From an uncultured Bacilli bacterium (GTDB lineage: Bacteria; Bacillota_I; Bacilli_A; RF39; UBA660): a stretch of 64,000 nt of DNA. Each line of letters starts with the position of its first letter. The stretch's first letter is position 1. Position numbers and translations under genes: made by a program. Location of the stretch: contig CAKPDM010000004.1 in the NCBI GenBank assembly GCA_934148995.1, positions 17,814 to 81,813 of the forward strand, read 5' to 3'. Of the stretch, positions 8,960 through 17,575 are shown one piece after another. The notes below the pieces were generated by a model. The model searched no databases, had not been told where the DNA came from, and worked only from the letters and a program-made list of their open reading frames with translations.

Positions 8960-10315
8960 ATGAATGGATCTATTTTTGATAAATTAGACTTTGGAGTTTT
9001 AAAACCATTATTAGACGATGATGATATAACAGATATCTCTTATTCTAATCATGGTCAAGTATGGATTCGTTCTTTAACATATGGTTCTAAGAGAGTAGAA
9101 GTAGAAGGACTTAATGATGCTTTTATGGAAAAACTTGCCTTTCAGTGTTCTAATGTAATGGGAACAACATTCAATAATGCAAAACCATTCTTAGACGCTG
9201 AAAGCGCAGAACTTCGTTTAAACTTTGTACATGAATCTATTGCTACTAATGGTATTGCTGCTGTTATTCGTAAAACACCAGCTAAGATTAGACTTTCTAA
9301 AGAAAAGCTATTAAAAGAGGATTATTTCACTGCTAATATTCACGATTTATTGATTAAATGTGTTGAAGGACATTGTAACATAATGGTTAGTGGTGAAACT
9401 GGTTCTGGTAAAACTGAGTTTGTTAAGTATTTGGCAAGTCATACAAAGGAAAACGAAAAGATTATTACAATTGAAGATACACTTGAACTTCATTTGGATA
9501 AAATATTTCCACATAGAGATATAGTAGCAATGAAAACTAACAATATTGCTAGTTATACAGATGTATTAGTTACTTGTATGCGTCAGAATCCAAAATGGAT
9601 TTTATTATCAGAGGTTCGTAGTGCTGAAGCAGTTACTGCTGTTCGAAACTCAATATCATCTGGACATAACATTTTATCAACAATACATGCTGATAAAGCA
9701 AGTGCTATTCCGTATCGTTTGTATTCATTACTAGAAACAGATATTGATGTTGATCAGTTCTTAAATACTATCTATCGTTATGTTCAATTGGGTGTTCATA
9801 TTAAAGCTTATTATAGTAAAGAATATGGAAAATTCCATCGTGAAGTAGATGAAGTAGTAGAGTTTTATGTTGATGATGAAAATAAGCCGATCGCTCATAC
9901 TCTTTATCAAAAAACTTATGGTAAAGCGCCAGTTCAAAATATGCCTAGTGATCACTTAAGAGAGTATTTGGAAAATCAAAATATCAATATAGATAATTTA
10001 TTAACTTCTAAAGGTGATTCATTACAAGATTTAGAAAATGAACTAGAAAAGATAAATACGGTAGAAGAAGTTGCTAATTCTAGTAATCAAGCAGTTCAAA
10101 CAGCGCCAGCTAATATGCAAGTGCCACAAATGCCTGAACAAGTACAGCAATCTAGTAGTCCAGTTTTTCAAACACCACAGACAAGTCCACAATATGTAAA
10201 TACGCAAAATTATAATACTGGTGTTAGCACTACTAATACGGTAGTAATGCCAACTGAACCAATAAAAGATGAAATGTCTTTACCAAAGATTCCATTTCCA
10301 AATGAGGTGTTATAG
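8960..10315 (+). CDS. tadA: TadA/CpaF-family (T2SS-E/VirB11 superfamily) secretion ATPase with a Gln/Pro-rich C-terminal extension
   Basis: Walker A VSGETGSGKTEF. MRQNPKWILLSEVR (Walker B/Asp box). His box GHNILSTIHA. The last ~100 aa are low complexity (QVPQMPEQVQQSSSPVFQTPQTSPQ). Confidence 0.8.
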   Translation: MNGSIFDKLDFGVLKPLLDDDDITDISYSNHGQVWIRSLTYGSKRVEVEGLNDAFMEKLAFQCSNVMGTTFNNAKPFLDAESAELRLNFVHESIATNGIAAVIRKTPAKIRLSKEKLLKEDYFTANIHDLLIKCVEGHCNIMVSGETGSGKTEFVKYLASHTKENEKIITIEDTLELHLDKIFPHRDIVAMKTNNIASYTDVLVTCMRQNPKWILLSEVRSAEAVTAVRNSISSGHNILSTIHADKASAIPYRLYSLLETDIDVDQFLNTIYRYVQLGVHIKAYYSKEYGKFHREVDEVVEFYVDDENKPIAHTLYQKTYGKAPVQNMPSDHLREYLENQNINIDNLLTSKGDSLQDLENELEKINTVEEVANSSNQAVQTAPANMQVPQMPEQVQQSSSPVFQTPQTSPQYVNTQNYNTGVSTTNTVVMPTEPIKDEMSLPKIPFPNEVL

Positions 10316-10329
10316 GAAGGAGGAAGCGT

Positions 10330-11223
10330 ATGGTACTTTTCTTATTAATATTAATTGGAGTAGGGGTACTTCTTTATAGAAACTATCAAGGTCAAAATGT
10401 TTCAAAATATATAACTTCTCAAGTACAAGTTATATATGACAAATTTGCTCCATATTCATTTAAAGTAGTTAGAGAGAAAGCCAAGGAATTAGGCCAAGAA
10501 TTTACACCACGTCAATATGCAATGCAGGTGGCTATATTAGGTGGTTTTGCCGGGCTAGTAACTTATTTATATTTTTATAATATTTTAGCCAGTATTCTTT
10601 ATATAGTAGCAGCTGTTGCTTCGGTACCTTATCTTGCTTATTTAAGATGTAAAAGAGTTTATAGTGAGTTCGTATTTGAACAAATTCAAGTTTATACAAC
10701 AAACGTTATTATGGAATTTGCTACCACTCAATCTTTTGTTAAATCTTTAGAGGGAGTAAGAGATTCAGGTATATTGGAAGACCCTGTTCTATCAGATGTT
10801 AATACCATGATCGAGATGGCTTATGAAAACGGTTCTATCGATGAAGCTATTAACTATATGAACGAAAAATATCCTTATTATATAGTAAAAAATATGCATC
10901 AATTATTCTTACAAATTACTAAAGAAGGTGCAAGAGATACTGGTGAAAGTTTGGAAAACATGCAGTTAGATATCGATACTTTAGTTGAAAGTGTTTATAG
11001 AGATAGAATGGATAGATCAAACTTTCATAAGAAATTTTTACAATATGGTGTTATTCTTTACTTGTTGGTTATGCTTGTTCAATATATGCTTGGTAGAGAA
11101 AATTATTTAGCATTAATTGATAAAAGGTATGTTAGGGTAATACTACATGGTATAATTCTTTTCAATGCCTATTTCCTTCTTAAAGGTGAAAAATATTATA
11201 ATGAGAATGTGGGGGCTGAGTAG
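10330..11223 (+). CDS. TadB-like platform protein (GspF/T2SS-F topology)
   Basis: N-terminal TM helix, a TM pair, a ~130-aa cytoplasmic helical domain and a C-terminal TM pair. Lies directly after the TadA-like ATPase. Confidence 0.55.
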   Translation: MVLFLLILIGVGVLLYRNYQGQNVSKYITSQVQVIYDKFAPYSFKVVREKAKELGQEFTPRQYAMQVAILGGFAGLVTYLYFYNILASILYIVAAVASVPYLAYLRCKRVYSEFVFEQIQVYTTNVIMEFATTQSFVKSLEGVRDSGILEDPVLSDVNTMIEMAYENGSIDEAINYMNEKYPYYIVKNMHQLFLQITKEGARDTGESLENMQLDIDTLVESVYRDRMDRSNFHKKFLQYGVILYLLVMLVQYMLGRENYLALIDKRYVRVILHGIILFNAYFLLKGEKYYNENVGAE

Positions 11224-11225
11224 AT

Positions 11226-12005
11226 ATGGAAGTAATTATTGTAGCAGTTATTATAATTGGTGTTCTACTTTACAATCACACAATTGATAAAGATAAATTT
11301 ATCAAAGATAATGCTAAATATTTTAATCTTTTAAGAGAAGATGATTATAACTTTTTAGTAGCTGCAAAATATGGTGACAAAGCTGATAGTGATGTATTAT
11401 TTCAAAAAAGAATTAATCTTGGTGTTTTAACAATTTTTTTTGTTATGTTTATACAGCTTAATTCATTAAGTCTTTTAAATATATTGTTAGCGGTAATAAT
11501 TGGTTTTTTAGCTTTTAAGTATCCTTATATGACACTTAAAAATTATTATAAAAAACATTTGCATGATATTGATGTAATGTTGCCATACTATTTAAAGGGA
11601 CTAGAAATTTTAATTCAACATTATACAGTTCCAGTTGCTATTGGTAAAAGTATTCCTGATGCTCCAGATATATTTAAACCAGGTCTTACTGATATGATAG
11701 AAAAAATTAATGCAGGTGATTCATCAATTCAACCATATATGGATTTTGCTAACGAATATCCAGTAAGAGATTCAATGCGAATGATGCGTTTACTTTATCG
11801 TTTAGGTATTGGTGGGCAAGAGAAGAAACAAGAAAGATTATTAATGTTTTCAAAAACGGTATCAAATTTACAAGCCAAGGCACGTGAGACTAAATATAAA
11901 GAACGTCTTGATCATATGGGAAATCAAACAATGATCATGTTAGTTGTTACTGGTGTTAGTGTTATGGTGGTAATATTAATTTCTATGATGTCTATGGTTA
12001 TGTAA
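11226..12005 (+). CDS. TadC-like platform protein (GspF/T2SS-F topology)
   Basis: Same topology as the preceding gene and tandem with it. Confidence 0.5.
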   Translation: MEVIIVAVIIIGVLLYNHTIDKDKFIKDNAKYFNLLREDDYNFLVAAKYGDKADSDVLFQKRINLGVLTIFFVMFIQLNSLSLLNILLAVIIGFLAFKYPYMTLKNYYKKHLHDIDVMLPYYLKGLEILIQHYTVPVAIGKSIPDAPDIFKPGLTDMIEKINAGDSSIQPYMDFANEYPVRDSMRMMRLLYRLGIGGQEKKQERLLMFSKTVSNLQAKARETKYKERLDHMGNQTMIMLVVTGVSVMVVILISMMSMVM

Positions 12006-12022
12006 AGAATCAAGAAAATTAG

Positions 12023-12050
12023 TTACAAATAAATAAATATTTGCTATAAT
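12023..12050 (+). promoter_or_regulatory. Strong sigma-A-type promoter in front of the small pilin gene
   Basis: TTACAA (12023-12028), 16-nt spacer, extended -10 TGcTATAAT (12042-12050). Confidence 0.55.
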
Positions 12051-12081
12051 GTTTATATGATAGGAAAGGAGAATGATATAA

Positions 12082-12237
12082 ATGAAAGAGGCAACAGGAG
12101 AGTTAAACATGACAGTAGTTACAATAGTTTTGATAGGAGTTATAACAGCTTTCTTTACAGCTTTTTGGCCAACTATCAGAACTAAGATTCAAACTACTTG
12201 GAATAAAACAAATAATACCCCTCAAAATTTACGTTAA
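12082..12237 (+). CDS. Flp-like (type IVc) pilin candidate, 51 aa; absent from the supplied ORF track
   Basis: RBS AGGAAAGGAG sits 10 nt upstream of the ATG. Translation is MKEATGELNMTVVTIVLIGVITAFFTAFWPTIRTKIQTTWNKTNNTPQNLR: a short charged leader ending in Gly, a ~20-aa hydrophobic helix and a short polar tail. It lies between the TadC-like and TadE-like genes. Confidence 0.55.
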   Translation: MKEATGELNMTVVTIVLIGVITAFFTAFWPTIRTKIQTTWNKTNNTPQNLR

Positions 12238-12251
12238 AGAGGTGAAGTACA

Positions 12252-12749
12252 ATGCGTGAAGCGATTGGTGGAGTATTTACATTACAAATTATCTTAGTGT
12301 TTGTAATACTGATAAATGGGTATATGGCATATTCTGTCAATTATACTCGCGCCTTTCGAGTTAAAAATAGTATAATAAATATTATCGAAGAACGAGAAGG
12401 TTTTTCGGAAGGATCAAAGGCTGCAGAGGAAATTAGTTCCTTAGTAAAAACGGCTGGTTATGGTCTTTCTTCAGTTCAACAACAAGCAGTAAGAAATATG
12501 AATCATCAAAATGGTTGGTATTGTAGCGGAGCAGATGGCTATTGTGTAAAGTGTATTGATAATACTGGTAATAATGCAATTAACGTTGACGATGCATCTT
12601 ATCGCGGAGTTTATTATACTGTTAAGACTTATGTAAATATGGATATTCCTATTCTTAATAGAATATTTACTGGTTTACCAGACTTCTTATCAGTAAGAGG
12701 AGATACTAAAACAGTATATGCTAAGAATGGATGTCAAGCTATGAATTAG
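12252..12749 (+). CDS. TadE-like pseudopilin candidate (Cys-rich extracytoplasmic domain)
   Basis: The N-terminus MREAIGGVFTLQIILVFVILINGY parallels the leader of the small pilin (M-[KR]-E-A-x-G). One N-terminal helix. 5 Cys residues in the soluble part. Confidence 0.45.
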   Translation: MREAIGGVFTLQIILVFVILINGYMAYSVNYTRAFRVKNSIINIIEEREGFSEGSKAAEEISSLVKTAGYGLSSVQQQAVRNMNHQNGWYCSGADGYCVKCIDNTGNNAINVDDASYRGVYYTVKTYVNMDIPILNRIFTGLPDFLSVRGDTKTVYAKNGCQAMN

Positions 12750-12764
12750 AAAGGAGGGAACGAC

Positions 12765-13742
12765 ATGTATGTAATAGTTGCAAATGAAGCTAAAGATATG
12801 TTATCCCGCCTTGATATTGATGTAATGAAGAGTGTTGAGGGAGTTCATACAGCAGAAGAGATTGTCTCTATGTTTAAGAACTTCTTTTATGCTAGAATGA
12901 TTCTTGATATTACAGCTATTCAGGATTATGATAATATCACTAATATTCAAAAGATTTCTATTGGTTTAGATGCAGAGAAGATAATTCTTGTTTTACCAAA
13001 TAACGAAATTTCAACATCTAGTAGCTATTTATCAAAAATTATATCAATGGGTATTTATAACTTTACTACTAATTTAGATGGTATTAAGTATTGCTTAGAA
13101 CATCCAAATACTTATAAGGATGTAGCACATATTCAACAGCTTAATACTTTATCTAGTACAATTAATGAGAAAGTTATGAGTGGTAACCAAATTATTGGTA
13201 TCAGGAATGTTACTGATCATGCTGGTTCAACAACACTGATTTATATGTTAAAGAAAGAGTTAGAGCAAACTTATGGAATGAGTGTCTTAGCTCTTGAAAT
13301 AAACAAACATGATTTTCTTTACTTCAATGATAAAAATATGATTTCAACGACAGATTCTAATTTAATGACAGAAATAGTTAAACATAAAGATGCTTCTGTT
13401 ATATTGATTGATTTAAATGATTCTGATAATGATGGCGTATGTAGTGACGTGCTATATCTATTAGAGCCATCTAGTATTCGTCTTAATAAATTAATGCGAA
13501 GAAATAGAAAAATATTTGAAGAATTGCGAGGAAAGAAGATAGTTTTAAATCAAAGTTTATTAACTAATAAAGATGTAATGGACTTTGAATATGAAGGAAG
13601 AACTAAAGTCTTTTATAATCTTCCCCCTTTGAACGATAGAGAGAAAAATCCAGTTCTTACCGATTTTTTAGCAAAATTAGGACTTTTAAGTAAAAATGAA
13701 ACTAAAGATGATGGTAAAATTTTTGGATTATTCAAACGTTAA
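12765..13742 (+). CDS. TadZ/CpaE-like protein (receiver-like N-domain plus ParA/MinD-like fold with a degenerate Walker A)
   Basis: The N-terminal ~110 aa have a CheY-like alternation. IIGIRNVTDHAGSTTLIYMLKKEL occupies the P-loop position but lacks the Lys. ILIDLND sits where a Walker B would be. The position fits TadZ. Confidence 0.35.
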   Translation: MYVIVANEAKDMLSRLDIDVMKSVEGVHTAEEIVSMFKNFFYARMILDITAIQDYDNITNIQKISIGLDAEKIILVLPNNEISTSSSYLSKIISMGIYNFTTNLDGIKYCLEHPNTYKDVAHIQQLNTLSSTINEKVMSGNQIIGIRNVTDHAGSTTLIYMLKKELEQTYGMSVLALEINKHDFLYFNDKNMISTTDSNLMTEIVKHKDASVILIDLNDSDNDGVCSDVLYLLEPSSIRLNKLMRRNRKIFEELRGKKIVLNQSLLTNKDVMDFEYEGRTKVFYNLPPLNDREKNPVLTDFLAKLGLLSKNETKDDGKIFGLFKR

Positions 13743-13745
13743 TAA

Positions 13746-13774
13746 TTGACAAATAATATGATTTTTTATATCAT
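13746..13774 (+). promoter_or_regulatory. Sigma-A-type promoter at the start of the T4SS half
   Basis: TTGACA (13746-13751), 17-nt spacer, TATCAT (13769-13774), followed by RBS GAAGGAG. Confidence 0.55.
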
Positions 13775-13798
13775 AGTAGGTGAGAAGGAGAAATTGGT

Positions 13799-14155
13799 AT
13801 GAATTTAGGTTTACAAATATTAGCTGATGTTGGTGAGCCAACTGAAACTTGTAAAGGTTTATTATTCTTAGTAAGAATTGTTCGTAAAGGTATATTTCCT
13901 ATTTTACAAATTGGTATTCCAATTATCTTAATTGTTTTAGGTACCTTAGATTTAGGAAAGGCAGTTATTGCATCAGATGATAAACAAGTTAAGGAAGCTC
14001 AAGGTAAATTAATTAAACGTTGTATTTATGCTGTTGCTGTGTTCTTTATCGTTACGCTTGTTAATGTTATTTTATCTATGGTGGCTACAACTGCTGGAGA
14101 TGAAGTAACGGGTATGACTGATTGGCGTGACTGTTGGAATGCTGCCGGTAATTAA
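13799..14155 (+). CDS. T4SS pilin-like (VirB2/TrbC-like, Firmicutes 'T4SS_pilin' type) small membrane protein
   Basis: Two hydrophobic helices flank the conserved loop LDLGKAVIASDDKQVKEAQGKLIKR. This is remembered as the hallmark of pilin-like conjugal transfer proteins in Firmicutes and Mollicutes. Confidence 0.55.
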   Translation: MNLGLQILADVGEPTETCKGLLFLVRIVRKGIFPILQIGIPIILIVLGTLDLGKAVIASDDKQVKEAQGKLIKRCIYAVAVFFIVTLVNVILSMVATTAGDEVTGMTDWRDCWNAAGN

Positions 14156-14259
14156 TATTTGGGAAATAGTAAATATAGAAATTGCTATTTTCTTTTTTTT
14201 TTGGTACAATTATTTTGATTAGCTTGTTTTTGAGAACATGCTTTCTTGGAGGAACCCTT

Positions 14260-15465
14260 ATGAGAAAAAAGAATGCTATTTATTTCGTTATTATTAGTTT
14301 AATATTTTGTGTGTTTTTGACTCCTAGTGTAGTAAATGCGGATGGCTCTTGTACATACAAATTAGATGTAGATTCTTTGGGATTGTCTGCAGCGTTGAAA
14401 TCTGCATCTTTTACCATAACTGTTAAAGATAATGGTAAAGTTACTAAGGGAAAATTAAAGTTTGTTAATATTAATGATACAAAGGAAGAAGCCGAATTAA
14501 CGTCAGGAGTTAATTTAGATGGCCAACATACTTTAATGTATAAAAAAATGTTTGATGACAATGGGGATTTTTATAAAGCTTATAAAAAGAGAAATAACTG
14601 TCCATCAATGCAGTTTATAAATCAAGATAGTTCCGGTATCTCAGCAATTAAGATGGTGTTAAATGGACAAGAGACTACTATCGATAATAGTAATTCGACC
14701 AGCACTCCAGAAAGCACTGATCCAAATAGAGCTCAAAAGAAAATTTATTGTAATAATATAGAGAAAGATATGCGTGATGTAAAATCTGGTAAAGTCTATT
14801 TTACTACTTATGAGGTAAATGGGGTAAAATTGTTTAGCGTAGTTTTAAAATCTAAAGGAAAAAAAGTTGGAGATGCTACTGATATTAATTATAATGCTAC
14901 TGCTAATATTCTATATGGTGGAACGAGCTTTAGCTTTCTTGTAAACTCTGCAGATTATGATACTTATTGGAGTACAAAATGTTCTGACACATCTACAAAT
15001 ATATATATGAAGGCGGATGGAGGTTCTGCGAGTACCACTAGAGTATTCCAAACTACGCTTCCATCGACAACTGAAAATGGTTCATACAATGCGGCGGAGG
15101 CAAAATATGATACTGGTAAATCAACAGCTCCGACATATAAAGATAAGTCTTCATTGAATGATTTAAACAAGAAATATGATCAATGCAGTCAAATAATAGA
15201 TATGTCTGAGGGAAAATTTGGATGGCTTCTTCAAAAAATATTAAATTATATAAAAATAGCTGGCCCAATACTAGTTGTACTTTTAAGTGCTCTTGATTTT
15301 ATTAAAGCGGTTGCTTCTAGCGATGAGAATGTGTTTAAAAAAGCTCAATCTAGACTTGTTATTAGGTTGGTTGCGGCACTTGCTTTATTTTTGGTTCCTA
15401 CACTTGTACAATTATTACTTGGTTTAATTAATGGTATAACTGATTCGTCGTGCGGACTTAAATAG
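14260..15465 (+). CDS. Secreted ~330-aa domain fused to a C-terminal T4SS pilin-like two-helix module
   Basis: RBS GGAGGA and ATG at 14260, with signal peptide ...SVVNA/DGSC. The C-terminus GPILVVLLSALDFIKAVASSDENVFKKAQSRLVIRLVAALALFLVPTLV aligns by eye with the 118-aa protein upstream. Confidence 0.55.
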   Translation: MRKKNAIYFVIISLIFCVFLTPSVVNADGSCTYKLDVDSLGLSAALKSASFTITVKDNGKVTKGKLKFVNINDTKEEAELTSGVNLDGQHTLMYKKMFDDNGDFYKAYKKRNNCPSMQFINQDSSGISAIKMVLNGQETTIDNSNSTSTPESTDPNRAQKKIYCNNIEKDMRDVKSGKVYFTTYEVNGVKLFSVVLKSKGKKVGDATDINYNATANILYGGTSFSFLVNSADYDTYWSTKCSDTSTNIYMKADGGSASTTRVFQTTLPSTTENGSYNAAEAKYDTGKSTAPTYKDKSSLNDLNKKYDQCSQIIDMSEGKFGWLLQKILNYIKIAGPILVVLLSALDFIKAVASSDENVFKKAQSRLVIRLVAALALFLVPTLVQLLLGLINGITDSSCGLK

Positions 15466-15481
15466 TAAGGAGTTGATATAA

Positions 15482-17554
15482 ATGAGTTCTAGTAGTACTG
15501 TGCCAGGTTTTTTTAAAGATGGTTTCCGAATTTTTTGTACAGTTTTTGATGGCATAGGGGTATCATTACTTGGTGGCATATATAAGGTATTTTATTTAGT
15601 TGCAAACGCTACTATTATAAAAGGTGACGTTTTAAAAGTTTTTTATTCCAGAATTCAATTGATTATAGGAATACTAATGATTTTCAAACTTGCCATGTCA
15701 ATTTTGAATATTATAATTAATCCCGATCTCGTTAAAGACCAAAAACAGGGGGCAGGAAAAATAGTGACAAGAATTGTTGTTGCTTTGTTTATGCTCACAC
15801 TTGTTATTCCGATTAATATTCCTGATGCAGAAGCTGGTAGTTTAAATGGCTATATTAATGATCATGGTATTTTGTTTGGCTTTTTATATAAAGCACAAGA
15901 TTCTATTTTATCAGAAAATATTATTGCTAAGCTTGTTCTTGGTATTCAATCTGATACCGAAGATAATTCTATGGATGTTAATAGTCTTAGTGATATTGGA
16001 AATACTATGGCTTCTACAGTTTTAAAGGTTTTTATAAGAATCAATGTAAAAGATGATACTCAACCAGCGTGTGATTATTCGTCTGATGATGATCCTTGTT
16101 CAAATACTCTTTGTCCAGCTGAGGTTAATGCATCACATTATGCCGAAGAAAATGTTGATCCTGTAATTATTTTAGATCATATAAATGAGTCTTGCAAACC
16201 TAATGGTGAAAGTGGAGAAAGATATGCCTTTGTTTATACTTTTCTTTTAAGTGGAATTGTTATGATAATCATGGCTCTTATTATCCTTGGGTTTACAATA
16301 GATATAGCCGTTCGTGCCATTAAATTAGCAGTTTTAAGGCTTATTGCGCCAGTACCAATTATTAGTTACATTAATCCTCCAAAACAAGGGGGCGGTGCTT
16401 TTGATAATTGGACAAAATCGTTAATTTCTACTTATGTTGATTTATTTGTGCGCTTAGCATTGGTTTATTTTGGCTTATTCCTAATTAGAACAGTAATAGA
16501 TACTGGTTTTGACATCTTTGGTGATCAAGCAGCACAGGGCTCGCTTTTCTACAAGGGAATAGCATTAATCTTTGTTATTTTAGGAATACTTGTGTTTATG
16601 AAACAAGCTCCAGCATTTATTAAAGATGTTTTAGGTATAAAAGGCAAACCAATGGGAAATGTCGGACTTTCTAGCGTACTTGCTGGTTCTGCTGCTTTCA
16701 TTGGTGGAGCAGGTTTATCTGGTGTAAGTACCGCAGCTTTCAGTACATTTAGAGCTGCAAGTGAAGCTGCTTCTCAAGGAAAACCTATGCCAGGTGGTTG
16801 GGGAGCAGGTCGTGATTTTGCTGCTCAACTCAGAACTGGTGATCCTAAGGCTAAGGGTGGTATCTTAAATAATTTGCAAGATAGTTTAGCTAGAAGGGCG
16901 AATATTAGAATGGCCAGAAATTATGGTGTAACAGCAGCTGGACTTGATATAGCCAAAGATAAATCATTAGCTGCAGATGCAGAGGCTGCAAAAACGAAGG
17001 ACTTTTATGAAAGATTTACTCAAGGCCATATGGATGATTATGAACGTGCTAAATATGTTAGTGCTAATGGTTTAACATTGACTGGTACTAGAGAAGAGCA
17101 AGATGAGATCATTAGAAATGATATGTATACTAAGATGAATAATGCAGCTGCTGAAGCATTTAAGGCTAAGAAGAAATGGGATGAAGGTAAAGAATATGCT
17201 AAAACTCATAGAATCAGTCCAAGTTTTGAGGAAGAGCATAGACCAAGTAGATTTGGTGAACGCCGTATGACTGATGATAAGAGAAAAGGAAGACCAGACA
17301 TGTATAATGCTAGGGGTAGAGGTGCAACTGCTCATCAAACTATGGCTGATAGAATTTATGGTAGTCATGATAAGTGGGATGATCCTACAACACCAAGAAC
17401 AGAAAACAGATGGAATCCTGGTAGTGCTAAAGATGTTGATAACGACACATATAATGATAGTCCATTTGGTCCACCTGGTGCAGGATCTGCAACTGGACGT
17501 GGGGGCCCATTTGGTCGTGGCGACCCAGGCCCTGGCGGCGGCCCTAGACCTTAA
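15482..17554 (+). CDS. VirB6/TrbL-like polytopic channel protein with a long charged, Gly/Pro-rich C-terminal tail
   Basis: Multiple TM helices occur through residue ~420. The position before the VirB3/VirB4 genes is typical of Gram-positive T4SS. The tail ends GRGGPFGRGDPGPGGGPRP. Confidence 0.55.
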   Translation: MSSSSTVPGFFKDGFRIFCTVFDGIGVSLLGGIYKVFYLVANATIIKGDVLKVFYSRIQLIIGILMIFKLAMSILNIIINPDLVKDQKQGAGKIVTRIVVALFMLTLVIPINIPDAEAGSLNGYINDHGILFGFLYKAQDSILSENIIAKLVLGIQSDTEDNSMDVNSLSDIGNTMASTVLKVFIRINVKDDTQPACDYSSDDDPCSNTLCPAEVNASHYAEENVDPVIILDHINESCKPNGESGERYAFVYTFLLSGIVMIIMALIILGFTIDIAVRAIKLAVLRLIAPVPIISYINPPKQGGGAFDNWTKSLISTYVDLFVRLALVYFGLFLIRTVIDTGFDIFGDQAAQGSLFYKGIALIFVILGILVFMKQAPAFIKDVLGIKGKPMGNVGLSSVLAGSAAFIGGAGLSGVSTAAFSTFRAASEAASQGKPMPGGWGAGRDFAAQLRTGDPKAKGGILNNLQDSLARRANIRMARNYGVTAAGLDIAKDKSLAADAEAAKTKDFYERFTQGHMDDYERAKYVSANGLTLTGTREEQDEIIRNDMYTKMNNAAAEAFKAKKKWDEGKEYAKTHRISPSFEEEHRPSRFGERRMTDDKRKGRPDMYNARGRGATAHQTMADRIYGSHDKWDDPTTPRTENRWNPGSAKDVDNDTYNDSPFGPPGAGSATGRGGPFGRGDPGPGGGPRP

Positions 17555-17575
17555 TCTAAGAAGGAGTGTGACTAG

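Noticed and set aside
14182-14259. The upstream extension of the 14182-15465 ORF (and similarly 61709-61756, 35490-35507, 58502-58522, 44237-44263 and 47473-47481)
   Set aside because: The track starts lack an RBS or fall inside promoter elements. Downstream ATG codons with good Shine-Dalgarno spacing and sensible signal peptides were preferred.
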